NCBI RefSeq assembly: GCF_006345805.1
Contig: NC_043003.1
Coordinates: 105,028,001 to 105,092,000, forward strand
Length of the DNA: 64,000 bases
Direction: 5' to 3'
Origin: Octopus sinensis
Lineage: Eukaryota
Under the pieces are notes generated by a model, which did not search any database, was not told the DNA's origin, and saw only the letters and a program-made list of their open reading frames with translations. A program made the position numbers and the translations under genes. This document shows, one piece after another, positions 1-12,346 of the stretch; positions within the stretch are counted from its first letter, which is position 1; every line of letters begins with the position of its first letter.

Positions 1-1400
1 AGAAGACACTTGCAACGACTTGCATAATTATGTAGAAATAAATACCCCATTTCACCGACTTTTCAAGGATAACGACATCAAAACCAACTTTACTTTGATA
101 ATAAAAAAACATGGTTGATTACCGTTTTAAATGAGGTGAAATCCTTGAGTTTATCGAACACGGTTGGCGATCCCCAGTTCTTGTGAAGTGCTTGAAAGAT
201 ACTCTTTTTGTGGCAAAATGAAGATTGAAGCATTCTAACCTTTGCTTTCCGCATGACTTCATTTTCTTCTTTTCACCTTGTTGTACTAATTCATTCAGAT
301 GTATCAGTGAGGACGCTTGTTCTCTCACCTTTCCTCTCGCCTTTTCTTGTCCTAATCTTATGAAAGATACCTAAGCCAAAGCACAAGAACACTGATCTGA
401 TCACTTGCCGACGGGTCCAACGGGTGTAAGGCCCAACAGGTGTAAGGGCCCAACGAGTGTAGCGGTCCGATGCAAATCTATGCATGCTGTCTTATAGGGA
501 CCCCAGAACATTGTTTTGCCCTGGGGCCTATAATGCTGTTGAGACAACCCCGCTAGATGGTCCTGATTGACAAAATGTTGCAGCATTTGGGGTCAGTGAA
601 AAAACTAATTCCACAGCATAAGAGGGTCAATGAAACAAATGCTGTGGAACTGGTTATTGCAGCTTTTGTAGCAGTAGAATTTTCATGAATATTTAAAGGA
701 CAGTCTGTCACATCAGAAGAGAGAAATCATCATCAGTGAAGATGTTCCAGTTTAGAAAGGGAAATGTCTGTCACCCTAGAACCTAATGAGAACCACGGCT
801 CCAGAACATACCTTCCCAACTAATCGAGGAATTTTGCATGCTTTGTTTTCGTTTATCTATGCATGGGCAACGAAGTACAAGTTTTTGAAAGGCCCCAAAA
901 CGGTTCTATCGGTAGACTGCCCCTTGTGTGAATAGTGTAGAGGAAACGACAGCAACACCACGTGAAGAATACAACGGAATGCAATGCAAACAGGTCGTGT
1001 CGATAGTATCAACTGACAGATCTATAAACCATCATCTGCAATTGCCAACTGCCTTCAGCACCAAAAAGTACTGTTGCCAAAATGAGCTGAGTGTCCAGTC
1101 AGCCGTACCAAATAGTTAGCGTCGAAACAGCTGCGCCCAGTCGACTCATTCCGATTTTTGTAGACCGTCAGCACTTATAAAATGTCCCAAATTCCATTCC
1201 ACTTTGGTCCTACATACACTCATTTTAATTTTTTCTTGGTTTCAGCACAAGGGCTGTGGCCATGCTGGAGATACTTTTACCTCTCCACCTAATTTTTATC
1301 ATTCTTCTTGTAAACTTTCAGTTTTCCTTCCGAATTTTTATTTTTTTATATTTTTATTTTATGGTGCACAGCATTCAGGTGCATCTGTTGTTGTTGGAAT

Positions 1401-2091
1401 CAGTGGTGGCTCGTAGATAAAATTACTGGGGGTGCTGCTTCAAAAGTTTTTTAGCCGTTGTTTTAACATTGTGTAAAAGGAAACAAACATAAAAAGAAAA
1501 TTTATACATAAATTCGATCGGTTCACGTCTTAGCCACTACCCGGTAGTGTGTTTAATTTGTTCTCTGAGCACCACCGCGAATTCTCCCTTGATTTTCGAA
1601 AATCTCACCAAATCACAAACTAAGGTGGGGGTATGTGCCCTATTTTTCAAATCCTGGCAGCTGGAAGCAGGATAATAATTGAATTCTACACTTTATCTCA
1701 TTCAAGAATATAAACACATTTTTAAGCACAACACACGCGGAGTCAAAAAGAAACAGTACCTTTCACCGGAACACCAGTCGGCACTGTCGTTCATCCAGTG
1801 CTCTCTCTCCATAGTGTGAAGCTTCCTATCTCAGACATGTAAGCATACGCACAACAGTCAAACACCGCGTCGCTGGAACTGTAAAGCGCACAGTTCTATA
1901 CAAGGATTTTTGTATTTTTTCTCATAAACTAGGGGATGGCTACTGAGATTAAGCTTAATGATTATATAATGTACAAGTATAAAGAAAGAATTACAGAAAA
2001 AATAGACTCATTATATTGAATGTTATCGATAATATCGAGTGGAAATAGGGGGTGCTGCAGTTCTGCAGTTCCTATACACGATCCGCTACTG
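1401..2091. mobile_element. Old hAT-like non-autonomous DNA transposon (MITE)
   Basis: Ends CAGTGGTGGCTCGTAG (1401) and TACACGATCCGCTACTG (2075-2091) are imperfect inverted repeats; flanks gttggaat / gctcgaat match 6/8, like a decayed 8-bp TSD. Confidence 0.5.
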
Positions 2092-2650
2092 GCTCGAATG
2101 TCAAAGACTGCACTAATTTCCTCTAGGTCATTTTAATTATAGATTTTTTTCCCCAAATACAGTTTAAAGATATAAACAGCAGATTTTGCAAAACGCAATT
2201 CTTTTTTTAGATCTCTTTGTTGACTGCACATTGATTTATAATAATAGCTTCAAAATAGCTAAACTCCCGCATCACTGTGATAGCTGGATTATCAATTATT
2301 ATATGAGTATCTTGTTATAGGCGCAGGTACGGCTGTGTGCTAAAGAAAGTCGCTTTGCAGTCATATGAGAGTCGAGTTTTAGTTACAGTGTGACTGCGGC
2401 GTAAGCGACGGCGATAGCGCGAATCAGCGTTTGTGTTTGAGCGTTTTCATTTTGGTAGATTTCAATGTGTTTGAGCGAGTGAATATGATTTGAATCTGTG
2501 CATGTATGTTGTTTGTGTGTGTGGTTTGTGGGAAACATAGATCAGAAGAAAGAATACGAAAAGAGAAAGCAGTCAAAATGTTCAACGAGAGTGAAAGAAA
2601 GAAAAAATAGATGTGAGCGTGAGTGCCCGTGTGTGTACATGGCCAGGGCA

Positions 2651-2861
2651 GGTCGCAAAAAATTTTTTCCCACGAGAGTTCTGAGCCAATCAGAACTCAC
2701 ATTGACCTTGTTGTCAAGTTAACAAACACACTCTACCAAGTAAACTCGAGACGAAGAACGTGTGCTCATAAATTAATTTAATAGTTGAGCTCTGCTTGGC
2801 TGTATGCAAGTGAGTGCATAACTGGGGTCCGGAACTCTCGTGGGAAAAAATTTTCGCGGGC
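2651..2861. mobile_element. ~200 bp MITE with terminal inverted repeats
   Basis: aaaattttttcccacgagagttc (~2658-2681) pairs with gaactctcgtgggaaaaaatttt (2832-2854); second copy of the family at 43419-43975. Confidence 0.65.
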
Positions 2862-3142
2862 TAGTCCCAGGAATTTTTCAAAGGAAGAACACAAGGTCAG
2901 AAGAGAATACAATTTCAGGAGAAAAGAGCTTAATAACATTATTTAGAAGAGTGCACTTACTTCATTGAGGGCGGGGGAGCATGTGCCCCTCAGCTCCCCC
3001 TCCTTGGGTCCGCTCCTGGTGGCTATGTAGATAAGAAGCTCGCTTTGCAACCACATGGTTTTAGGTTCAGTTCCACTTTAGTCCCAGACCGACCAATGCC
3101 TTGTGAGTGAATCTAGCAAACGGAAACTGTGTGGAATCCCGT

Positions 3143-3189
<47 letters not shown>

Positions 3190-3329
3190 GGGTGTATGTG
3201 TTTGGCTCCTACCACCGACTGACAACTTGTTTTGATTTGCTCGACGAAACCCTTCAAGGCGGTTCCCTGGCACTGTCACAGTCCAATGTTGATTGATACA
3301 AGTAAAAGAGAAAAAAAAAAAGAAAGATG

Positions 3330-3688
3330 ACAAGTGGTTGTGTGGTAATAAGCTTGCTTCTCAACCACATGGTTTCGGGTTCAGTCCCACTGCGTGGCAC
3401 CTTGGGCAAGTGTCTTCTACTATAGCCTCGGGCCGACCAAAGCCTTGTGAGTGGATTTGGGAGATGGAAACTGAAAGAAGCCTGTCGTATGTGTGTGTGT
3501 GTGTGTGCGTGTGCTGTCCCCCCACCCCCGCTTGATAACCGATGTTGGTGTGTTTACATCCGCGAAACCTAGTAGAATAAGTACTAGGCTTACAAAGAAT
3601 AAGTCCTGGAGTCAATTTGTTTGACTAAAGGCGGTGCTCCAGCATGGCCGTAGTCAAAATGGCTAAAACGAGTTAAAGAGTTAAAGAA
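3330..3688 (+). mobile_element. Composite tRNA-derived SINE (family A), near full length
   Basis: Pol III-like head (gtggttgtgtggtaa...ggttcagtccc), ccttgggcaagtg CORE-like segment, internal (TG)n, 3' module ending gcggtgctccagcatggcc...agttaaagagttaaaga; many other copies in the window. Confidence 0.85.
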
Positions 3689-3715
3689 CACATGTATGCA
3701 CCCTTACACACACAC

Positions 3716-3750
<35 letters not shown>

Positions 3751-3761
3751 TAGATAGATAG

Positions 3762-3804
<43 letters not shown>

Positions 3805-4661
3805 ACAAGGGAGAGTGATCGGAGAATCAAGCAAGTTAGATGAAGACGTCTGGGAAGAAGTGTGGCGGGGGAAGAAATCAGGAGAAATCCGAGATGGAAG
3901 TTGCCAGTCAGTAAGAGAGAGGAGGAGAGAGTCAGGAAGAGCGAGAGGGTGAGAAGTGAGGTAAAATATTACATTTTTTAAAAACGTTTTAAAAGATTGC
4001 ATGTAAAAAAATATGAATAAACTTGATGTTTTATTGGTGATTCATTAACAAATTTATCTTTTTTAAATTTACATTTATCTTCTCTTTCTGTCATACGATG
4101 CAAAACAGTTAAAATCTTTTCTCTATTTTAAGCCGTTTCCGTGTGGAAAGTAAAAGCATTTTACGTGTAAAACTAAAAACAGGTCGGGAATACTCCGCTG
4201 TGAAGGAATTTATCGACTGCGATGACTGAAACGAAAAGGAATTCCAAAAGCCATCAGGAATGCAGAAATTCTTCGAAGCAGGAAATTCGATTTCCGGATA
4301 AAGTGACGACATTTCGAATGTATTCTTCTCGCTTGCAAAATACCGGTGCAGTCAGTGTTACAACATATTAGACGTACGATAAACGTTTATAAACGGTTAT
4401 TGTTACAAGAGAAGAGGAAGGAGAGAGAGAGAGAAGGGATAAGAAAAGCGATATCGTATGCCATTCATTGTTAGAAGATTTACTCTGAAACATAAGAGAT
4501 TTGTTTAGTGCAAATTTAGCGAGTCTTTAACTGACTGAAAAAACTTCGTTCAGTAGAAGAAAGGTAATGCGTGTTATTTGCTTCTTGGGCAATCCTTCGA
4601 TATTAGTACACAACCTTCCCTTATGACCATAGATAAAGAGGCTAGGCTGAGAAAAAGGGTG

Positions 4662-5445
4662 AATTCTTTTTACTAAAGGCACAAAGCCTGGAATTTTGGA
4701 GGAAGGGGCCAGTCGATTAAATCGACTCCAGTACGCAACTGGTACCTAATTTATCGACCCTGAAAAAAAAAATGAAAAGCAAAGTCGACACCCGCGGAAT
4801 TTGAACTCAGAATGTAGGAACGGAAAAAATACCTATTTCTTTACTACCTACAAGTGGCTAAACACAGAGAGGACAAACAAGGACAGGCAAACGGATTAAG
4901 TCGATTATATCAACCCCAGTGCGTAACTGGTACTTATTTAATCGACCCCGAAGGATGAAAAGCAAAGTCAACCTCGGCGGAATTTGAACTCAGAACGTAG
5001 CAGCAGACGAAATACCTATTTCTATTTCTTTACTACCCACAAGGGGCTAAACACAGAGAGGACAAACAAGGACAGACAAACGGATTAAGTCGATTATATC
5101 GACTCTAGTGCGTAACTGGTACTTATTAATCGACCCCGAAGGATGAAAAGCAAAGTCAACCTCGGCGGAATTTGAACTCAGAACGTAGCAGCAGACGAAA
5201 TACCTATTTCTATTTCTTTACTACCCACAAGGGGCTAAACACAGAGAGGACAAACAAGGACAGACAAACGGATTAAGTCGATTATATCGACTCTAGTGCG
5301 TAACTGGTACTTATTTAATCGACCCCGAAAGGATGAAAGGCAAAGTCGACCTCGGCGGAATTTGAACTCATAACGTGTTAACGACAGACGAAATACGGCT
5401 ACGCATTTCACCCGGAGTGCTAACGTTTCTGCCAGCTCGCCGCCT
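4662..5445 (-). mobile_element. tRNA-derived SINE family B, multimeric array (head + 4 body units)
   Basis: Minus-strand head ggcggcgagctggcagaaacgttagc (box A), gagttcaaattcc (box B), body gcctttcatcctttcggggtcgat...aagtacc (resembles the Meta SINE domain) repeated at ~185 bp period. Confidence 0.85.
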
Positions 5446-5581
5446 TGAAAAAGAGGGTGAATAACGTTGTACCCTCACACCGACACTCTTTAGACCAATA
5501 TCGAAGGAACGTCGTTTCTTGTTTCATGTACTTGAGCACCCGAGTTCAAATTTTGCTGAAGCCGCTTATGTCTTTCGGAGT

Positions 5582-5765
5582 CAGTAGCATAGCTGGAGGA
5601 AGGGAATGATAGGAGGGTAGCCTGCTCCCGACGACGCTTTTATGGGAGCTGCACTTTTGGGTCAGCTGTGTAAGCCTGTATGTGCCCCTCCCTGGTGGGG
5701 TGGTGATCAGATGGAGGCAAACACCAAGGCTGTTCCCAGTAGCACACCTTCTAGCTACCTCGCTA
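5582..5765. mobile_element. hAT-type MITE with perfect 8-bp TSD inserted in a SINE remnant
   Basis: TSD ttcggagt at 5574-5581 and 5766-5773; ends cagtagcatagctgg / ctagctacctcgcta; removing it restores tctttcggagtcaataaaataaaatatcag of the SINE body. Confidence 0.75.
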
Positions 5766-6157
5766 TTCGGAGTCAATAAAATAAAATATCAGTTAAGTGC
5801 TGGGGTCGTTTTAATTCAGTGTTTTTCATTGCAGACAGGGGTGGATGTTATGAGAGATTGGATAGGATTGGGCTAATTGTCTAAATTAATAAAATTAAGA
5901 TTTTTTTTGTAACTTTTAAACGTGTTAACATCATGACGAAGGATAAATTGAATGCTGTAAAGTCTATTATGTGAACTAACTATTCCTTATTAATTTTGTA
6001 TTCTCATAAATAAAGCGTGGAGTGGGGGTGGAGCCAAAAGGGCAAAATATTTAATTACGGTTTTGGTAGGGAATCAAGCCGATATTTTTTAGTTTGAGGA
6101 CCACTGATTTAATCGACAAAATGTTTCCTGTAAACTTAGGACATAATTCCCAATATT

Positions 6158-6526
6158 ATTATGCCAATAATAAACAAACACACACACTGGTTCTATTTCA
6201 CTTTTTTATTTTTAGTCAATTTTAATTTAATCAATTAATTTAATCAATCAATTAATCGATTGTTTGAGTAATCATTTGGTTAATCAATCAGTCAGTTTGG
6301 CTTCACAGAGTCTTTTCGCTGCCATTCATGACCTCTTCAATGACATGCCTTCTTTACTCCTGATTAACTTCAGGTATGTCTCAGACTTTGAGAAACATAA
6401 CTGATCGGTTGATTAACCGAATGATCAATCAAACAATCGATTAGCTAATCGGTTAAATAGTTAATCAAATAACCAATAATAACGAAATGAAACATAACCA
6501 GCGCGTGTGTTTATTATTGGCATAAT
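6158..6526. mobile_element. Diverged foldback element/MITE
   Basis: attatgccaataataaac (6158) is the reverse complement of gtttattattggcataat (6509-6526); imperfect pairing continues inward (aatcgattgtttga / tcaaacaatcgatt). Confidence 0.6.
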
Positions 6527-7654
6527 GACCCTCCTGAGATACACGAAACTTTGTTGATGTGCTTTAATAGTTGCTTTGCTTTATGTAGGTAGTTATGAAC
6601 TAAGCTTAAATCCCGCCAGGTTAACTTTACTTTTAACCCTTCCGAAATCGATAATAAAAAACACAAATCAAATAATAGAGTTAGTTTTACCGTTTATATC
6701 TCCCCCACCCCCGCGTTTGTAGCTTTGTACCTATGTAAAAAAAATCATTAACGACGTAGGGACAGTGAACGGTAGAATCTTTAGCACGGTGAACAAAGTA
6801 CCATGGAAGTATTTATCTATAGTCAGGTCAGGGATCTCATGACGGGTTGATGAGACCAGTTATAGATACTATGTAAACCAGTATTACCCTCTTTCATGGT
6901 CGAGTGGTCGGCGACTAAACTGGTTCCCCCACTTGAGTAGCTTGCCACTCTCGTGAGGATGGTGTCTAAATACAAGACCTGTGAAAGGACGGATAAGCTC
7001 CTTGTGGACTAACGGCCATCCCATGAGGGAAAGCAATGGTAAACGGTCCCAGTATCTCAGCCAAGAAAAAACTAAGAGAAACTGAGAACGAAGTAACGCT
7101 ATGGCTTCATCCGATTGAAGAACTCTCGCTTAATCGGGAAGACTTTCGTTGAGGTGTCATCAATGCGCTGCAAAAAACATACGATACATGAAGACGATGA
7201 AATATCTAATGGCGTCCATTTACCTTCTACGTTCGAACCCCACTGAGAACGCAGAGGGTAAATGGACGTAGTTAAATACTTCATCGTCGTCATTAATCGT
7301 AGGCCTTTTTTTCCGCTCTCGATAAAATTTCGTCAGCGAAATACTGATATAAACTACTCCATTCCCATTGAAAGTTTGTGAGGAGACAAATTTGTGTAAT
7401 TTACTTTTATCTTCACCGTTCCAAACGTAAACACCACTTCCTTTTATTTTACAAACAATGGCTGTTTTCAAGTGATAGTTACAATGTGAACCAATAATGG
7501 CCATCTTTATCTACAACTTAAGATTGCCTTTTGGCATTAATGCTGATTCTATTGCTGTTAATTATTCTTTAAATACGACGTCAGTGCCTGAATAGATACT
7601 GCCTTTCTATATATCGTTGAGGGGAGGTTTTGCTGTTATGTCGCTGTTGGGGGT

Positions 7655-7700
7655 CTGTTCCTGAGGAGGCCCAAACAAGGCGGAATCACGTGATCTGGCA
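7655..7700 (+). ncRNA. Degenerate type-I hammerhead ribozyme-like motif
   Basis: ctgttc CTGAGGA GGCC caaacaa GGCG GAAT CACGTG ATC tggcag: intact 5' core, near-paired helix II, palindromic helix III, but GAAA is GAAT. Confidence 0.35.
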
Positions 7701-8140
7701 GTTCCGGCGGCCTTAGCAGACAGTTCTCGTCTGTCAACGATATAATCACGAGTTATATTATGCAGCACGAGTCCATATGAGAGATCCTCTCAAGGTAAAT
7801 AACATCAAATTCTGTGCTCTAACGCAACAGCCATTTTAAGTTGGAGATCAAGATCGCCTTTTGGCATTAAAAATGCTTCCATCACTATTGATTATTTTTC
7901 GAACCAATAATATCACCTTGTTATTCCAAGTCTCCCAACTAGCATTCATTATGATATTTATTATTTTTACAATAGATTCATAATATATCAATTTTCACAT
8001 TCCACTTTCCATAATCGACTGGGTATCGTCAACGAGAAACCGGAAGAAAAGATTTGTGAGGTTTTAACTTCCACACTAAATTCTTAGACTATTTTCAGCA
8101 TTGAGGAATACTCTGTTTTTTTAATATGTTCACACTCATA

Positions 8141-8194
8141 TTATTATTCATACATATAAAGTGCGCGCGCGCACTTTATATGTATGAATAATAA
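8141..8194. repeat. Perfect 54-bp spacerless palindrome
   Basis: ttattattcatacatataaagtgcgcg|cgcgcactttatatgtatgaataataa. Confidence 0.95.
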
Positions 8195-8716
8195 AACAAT
8201 ATGAACAAAGTGTAGATTTTGTTGAAATTATATTTCGCACGCTTCCTTAGAATTTATTTGTTCACAAATGTATTGCACAATAGGAATTATATAACAAAAC
8301 CATTTTGTCAGTCATTTAACAGTTGTCAGGTGAAATTGATCACCAGACCAACGGTTCAAAATCCTGACGAAATGGTTTGGCTACAAAAATTCATGTTACT
8401 AATTTCATATTATGTAATACATTTATGAACAAATAAATAGCCATGCTATAGAAACGGGCGTATCATAACTTAAACAAAATCTACACGCTATTCATATTCT
8501 TTTATATTTTCACGACGTTTATAGAACGTTTGTTTCAACATACATTTGATTTACGGAGTATATATCATTTAACTAGTTAATATTGCATTGCTTGTTATAC
8601 TACCTGGATGATAGATTGAATACCAGTAATATCATTGGCATTCCTTCTGAGCTCCCTGTTAGACAAATACATGCAGGAGTGCTAGAGTTAATTGCCCTGA
8701 TTGTTGTACTAAAGAA

Positions 8717-8717
<1 letters not shown>

Positions 8718-8747
<30 letters not shown>

Positions 8748-11120
8748 TCGCGCGCATTCATTCACACAAACACACGCTCACACACGTACATACACTCACT
8801 TATACACACATACTGTCATATACAAACACCTGAGCTCTGTGATAATCTCATTATTATCGTAGACACATACATTCACACACAAACACGCACATACTTCCAC
8901 ATACACACAGACACACTTACACATATACACAAACGCACAAATACACACACACGCATGCCCACACTCGCAAGAAAGCACACACACAAACACATACATTCAG
9001 TCACACAGAAACATGCACACACACACACACATACACAGGCACACACACGTTCACACAAACATACAAGTACACATACACATATACACTCATACACATACAT
9101 ACATTACACATAAACACTCATACACATACGTACATTACACATAAACACGTATACACACACACACACACACACACCTGTGTACCCCATAGAAGTTTTTGAT
9201 TCTGTTTTAACTATATTTTCAGCATTGATTAGAAAGAAGAAAAAAAACGAGTCCTGCTGTCTCCTCTCAAACCTCATCTCTTTCATCTTCCATGTTTCCC
9301 ACGACTTTTTTTTTCATTTAATATCGATATCTCACAATTTTTTTCAAGTTATTTTTCTAGTCATTTTGTGTCAAAATCCTAATTGCTTTTTTTTCTTTCT
9401 TGCCTTTTATTTATACCAGTATGGCATGTCTTTTTTTTCACTTTTTATTATAATTTTGGTTGAGTAAATACATTTATTTTTTTTAATGTAAAGTATCTTT
9501 CACGGTTGTAGTAAATATATATTTTTAATTACGGTGTCCGTCACCACCACCATCAACACATACAGCCCCCAGCACCATCAATATGGCCAATAGGAGCATT
9601 TCCACCACCTTCACCACCACCGCCATCACCACCAGCACCAGCACCACCACCATCATCATCGCCACCGCCTTCTCCATCATCACCACCAGCACCACCATCA
9701 CCACTACTATCACTTATAACATCACCATCATCACTATCAATGGAGCTTTTGCAGAGTCGACGAGAGAAGCCATTCTAAGTGGTCGATCGACCTGCTAAAA
9801 ATGGCAGCCGAATTCCCTAAAAGTTCTCTACTATCTTTAAAAAAAAAACACAGAAAGATATATGAGACAACGTATTCCTAGAAAACTCTGAAAAGACAGG
9901 ATGGTCACGGCTGGAACATTTTAATCATTTCTCGATCAGGCTTGGCCCCAGAGCTGTGCAATAACAACAGCAACATAACCACCACCACCACCACCACCAT
10001 CGCTGCTAATAGTACCGCCTCCAACACCATCACCATTCCCACGGTTACTATAAACGACTGATGTCATTTGTACACAGACTAATGTCATCACGACCACACC
10101 ACTTTTTCATAAGTATCAATCACAACCACCATGACTAACTGCAACGACCATTCTTGTCGATGTGAACAGATAAGTTGTTCTGACACTACAGTCTTGTCTC
10201 TCTTCGCCCTCCCCCTTCTCTCTCTCTCTCTGCTCTTTCTCTCTCTCTTACTATTCTCACCGTCGTCGTCATAATCATCATCATAATCATAATCACTACC
10301 ACAACTATCCTCAACACTAGCGCTTTCACCACCACCGTCACTATGATCATCATAAGCATCGTCGTCACCTACAACCACCACCACCACCACCACCACCACC
10401 ACCGCCGCTATCATCATCATCCTCACCACCGCCACCATGATCATAATCATCGTCGTCACCACCACCTCCACAACTACAACCACCATCATCACCACCACCA
10501 CCACCGCTATCATGATCATCATCATCATCCTCACCACCGCCACCACCACCACCATCATCATCATCATAATCGACATCGTGGTCATTATGGCCGTTGTCGT
10601 CGTCGTCGCCATTGCCATTCCAATCGATCTGTTATTATTTCCTACACAGGCTCTGCCAAATCGTTGTTCACTTTTCGTCATCACTCGGAAAGAACTCTGA
10701 CTCAAAACTAATTTCCTCGCAGCGTTATTGCTAGCAAAATATTTTAAGCATGCAGCTCTTAAAAAGACCCACCGACCGACCGACCGACCCTTCCATGATG
10801 CACGCACGCGCATGCATGAGTGTGCGTGTGTGTGTGTGTGTTTATGCGTACGGGTTTGTGTGTGTCTGACTGTGTGAGTGCGTGTGTGTGTGGTAGTGTT
10901 TACGCGTACGGGTTTGTGTGAGTATGTTTGTATGTGTGAGTGTCTGTGTGTGCGTGTGTGTGTGCGCGCGTGTGGTCGTGTTTACGCGTACGGCTGTGTG
11001 TGCGCGCGCGTGTATTTATGTGTTCGTGTGTGCGAGGCTTTGTGTTTCTGTGTGCGCCTGTACATGTATGCATGCATTTTTGTATGTGTGTGTATGTGTA
11101 TGTGTTTTGCGTGTGCGCGT
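8718..11120. repeat. Cluster of compound microsatellites: (CATA/CA)n, (ACC/ATC)n, (GT)n
   Basis: Direct reading; source of the His/Thr/Val-rich spurious ORFs in the track. Confidence 0.95.
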
Positions 11121-11929
11121 GACTTCTCTGAGTTTTCCAAATATTTAATTAGTAGACATAAAATTATTGTTGATGTTTCTGCTCTTTTGCCTCCTAGAAA
11201 GAATAGGCAAATCACCCACAGATCGCAGCAAATATATAAAATAAATATAACATGTAAAAACAAATAAATAAATGGAACATTGTTAACTGCTACAGCTCAT
11301 GAAAAGTAATTCACTTCAGCCGGGAAGTATTTAATTTCTTAGATAGAATTTTGATAGCGGAAACGATGTACTTATATTAATAATGTCTCAGGACTCTTTC
11401 AGCGTATTTTCTTTCCTTTCCTGCTCGTAAGGTCTTCTCTCACATTCACTTTCTCATAAGACAAATCTTTTTTATTCTTTTAAAAAAAATAACAAAGAAA
11501 GAGAGCTCTTAAATAATCCGAAAGGAGAGAGTTGAGTAACTTTTATATATTTTATGTACAATGACCCATCATCGGAAGTGTACGGTTTCGAAATATGAGT
11601 ATATGTAGATCACGCCATATTGATTACCAAATTTTTGCATTGTGAGACGCTTTCCCTCTTCGTTATTTATTTTACTTCTGTCTCACTGCTTCAGACAAAC
11701 AACAACGATCTTCAGGTATTTTCGAAATTTTACGTTGTCAGGTATTTTGTAGCAGGCAAGGATTCGATTGAGCCTAAGAGAATTTGAGCTGTTGACCTCA
11801 AAATTTAGGAGAGAAAGTAACTAAACTAAATACCAGTGATCATTAGATATTTTAAAATAAGCTGAAAGAAACTCATTTTTCGTCAATAAAATTATTGATC
11901 GCTAAATCCACAAGTTTTTTTTTCTGTTT

Positions 11930-12064
11930 ATTTCCTCGTGTTGCTTTCTGCCGAAGAGCGAAGGCTCGAAACGTAAAAGACTTTCTCACTTTCTCGAGCG
12001 TCAAACTAATACTCCTGCTTATTGTTCATGCACCTGCCTTTGTCTTTTGTCCGTAAATTTTAAC
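11930..12064 (+). ncRNA. Short element with minimal type-I hammerhead motif (11944-11979) ending at (TA)n
   Basis: cttt CTGCCGA A GAGC gaag GCTC GAAA C GTA aaag: 4-bp helix I, helix II GAGC/GCTC, ACGT palindromic helix III, GUA triplet; core has A6C. Confidence 0.6.
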
Positions 12065-12128
12065 TATATATAATATATATATATATATATAATATATATA
12101 TATATATATAATATATATATATATATAT

Positions 12129-12272
12129 TCTTTCCTTCTCCTATGTTTCCGACAAAGAGCTCCGCTCGAAACGTTAAACCCTCCTTCTTTCCTGAGCAAC
12201 CAATAATACTATATTTGTTCCACGTCCTCGCGTTGTTGTGTTTTTTTTTGTGCTTTCTTGTTTGGATTAACT
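12129..12272 (+). ncRNA. Second short element with minimal type-I hammerhead motif (12145-12179) between (TA)n tracts
   Basis: gttt CCGACAA A GAGC tcc GCTC GAAA C GTT aaac: same geometry as 11944 motif; core variant CCGACAA. Confidence 0.6.
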
Positions 12273-12312
12273 TTATATATATATATAATTGTGTCTGGGG
12301 AGAGGAAAAACG

Positions 12313-12346
<34 letters not shown>

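Noticed and set aside
119-328. Minus-strand reading ...FYYQSKVGFDVV resembling piggyBac YNxTKxGVD
   Set aside because: It is a single short motif, conflicts with the equally weak plus-strand PLE reading, and has no TTAA/TIR support
3800-4330. Purine-rich segment with gag|gtaaaa donor-like site and nearby CpG-containing unique DNA as a possible exon
   Set aside because: No convincing acceptor-ORF-donor combination or recognisable protein; it needs RNA-seq
4662-5445. CRISPR-like array
   Set aside because: Whole ~185-bp units repeat with no unique spacers, there are no cas genes, and the context is a eukaryotic SINE
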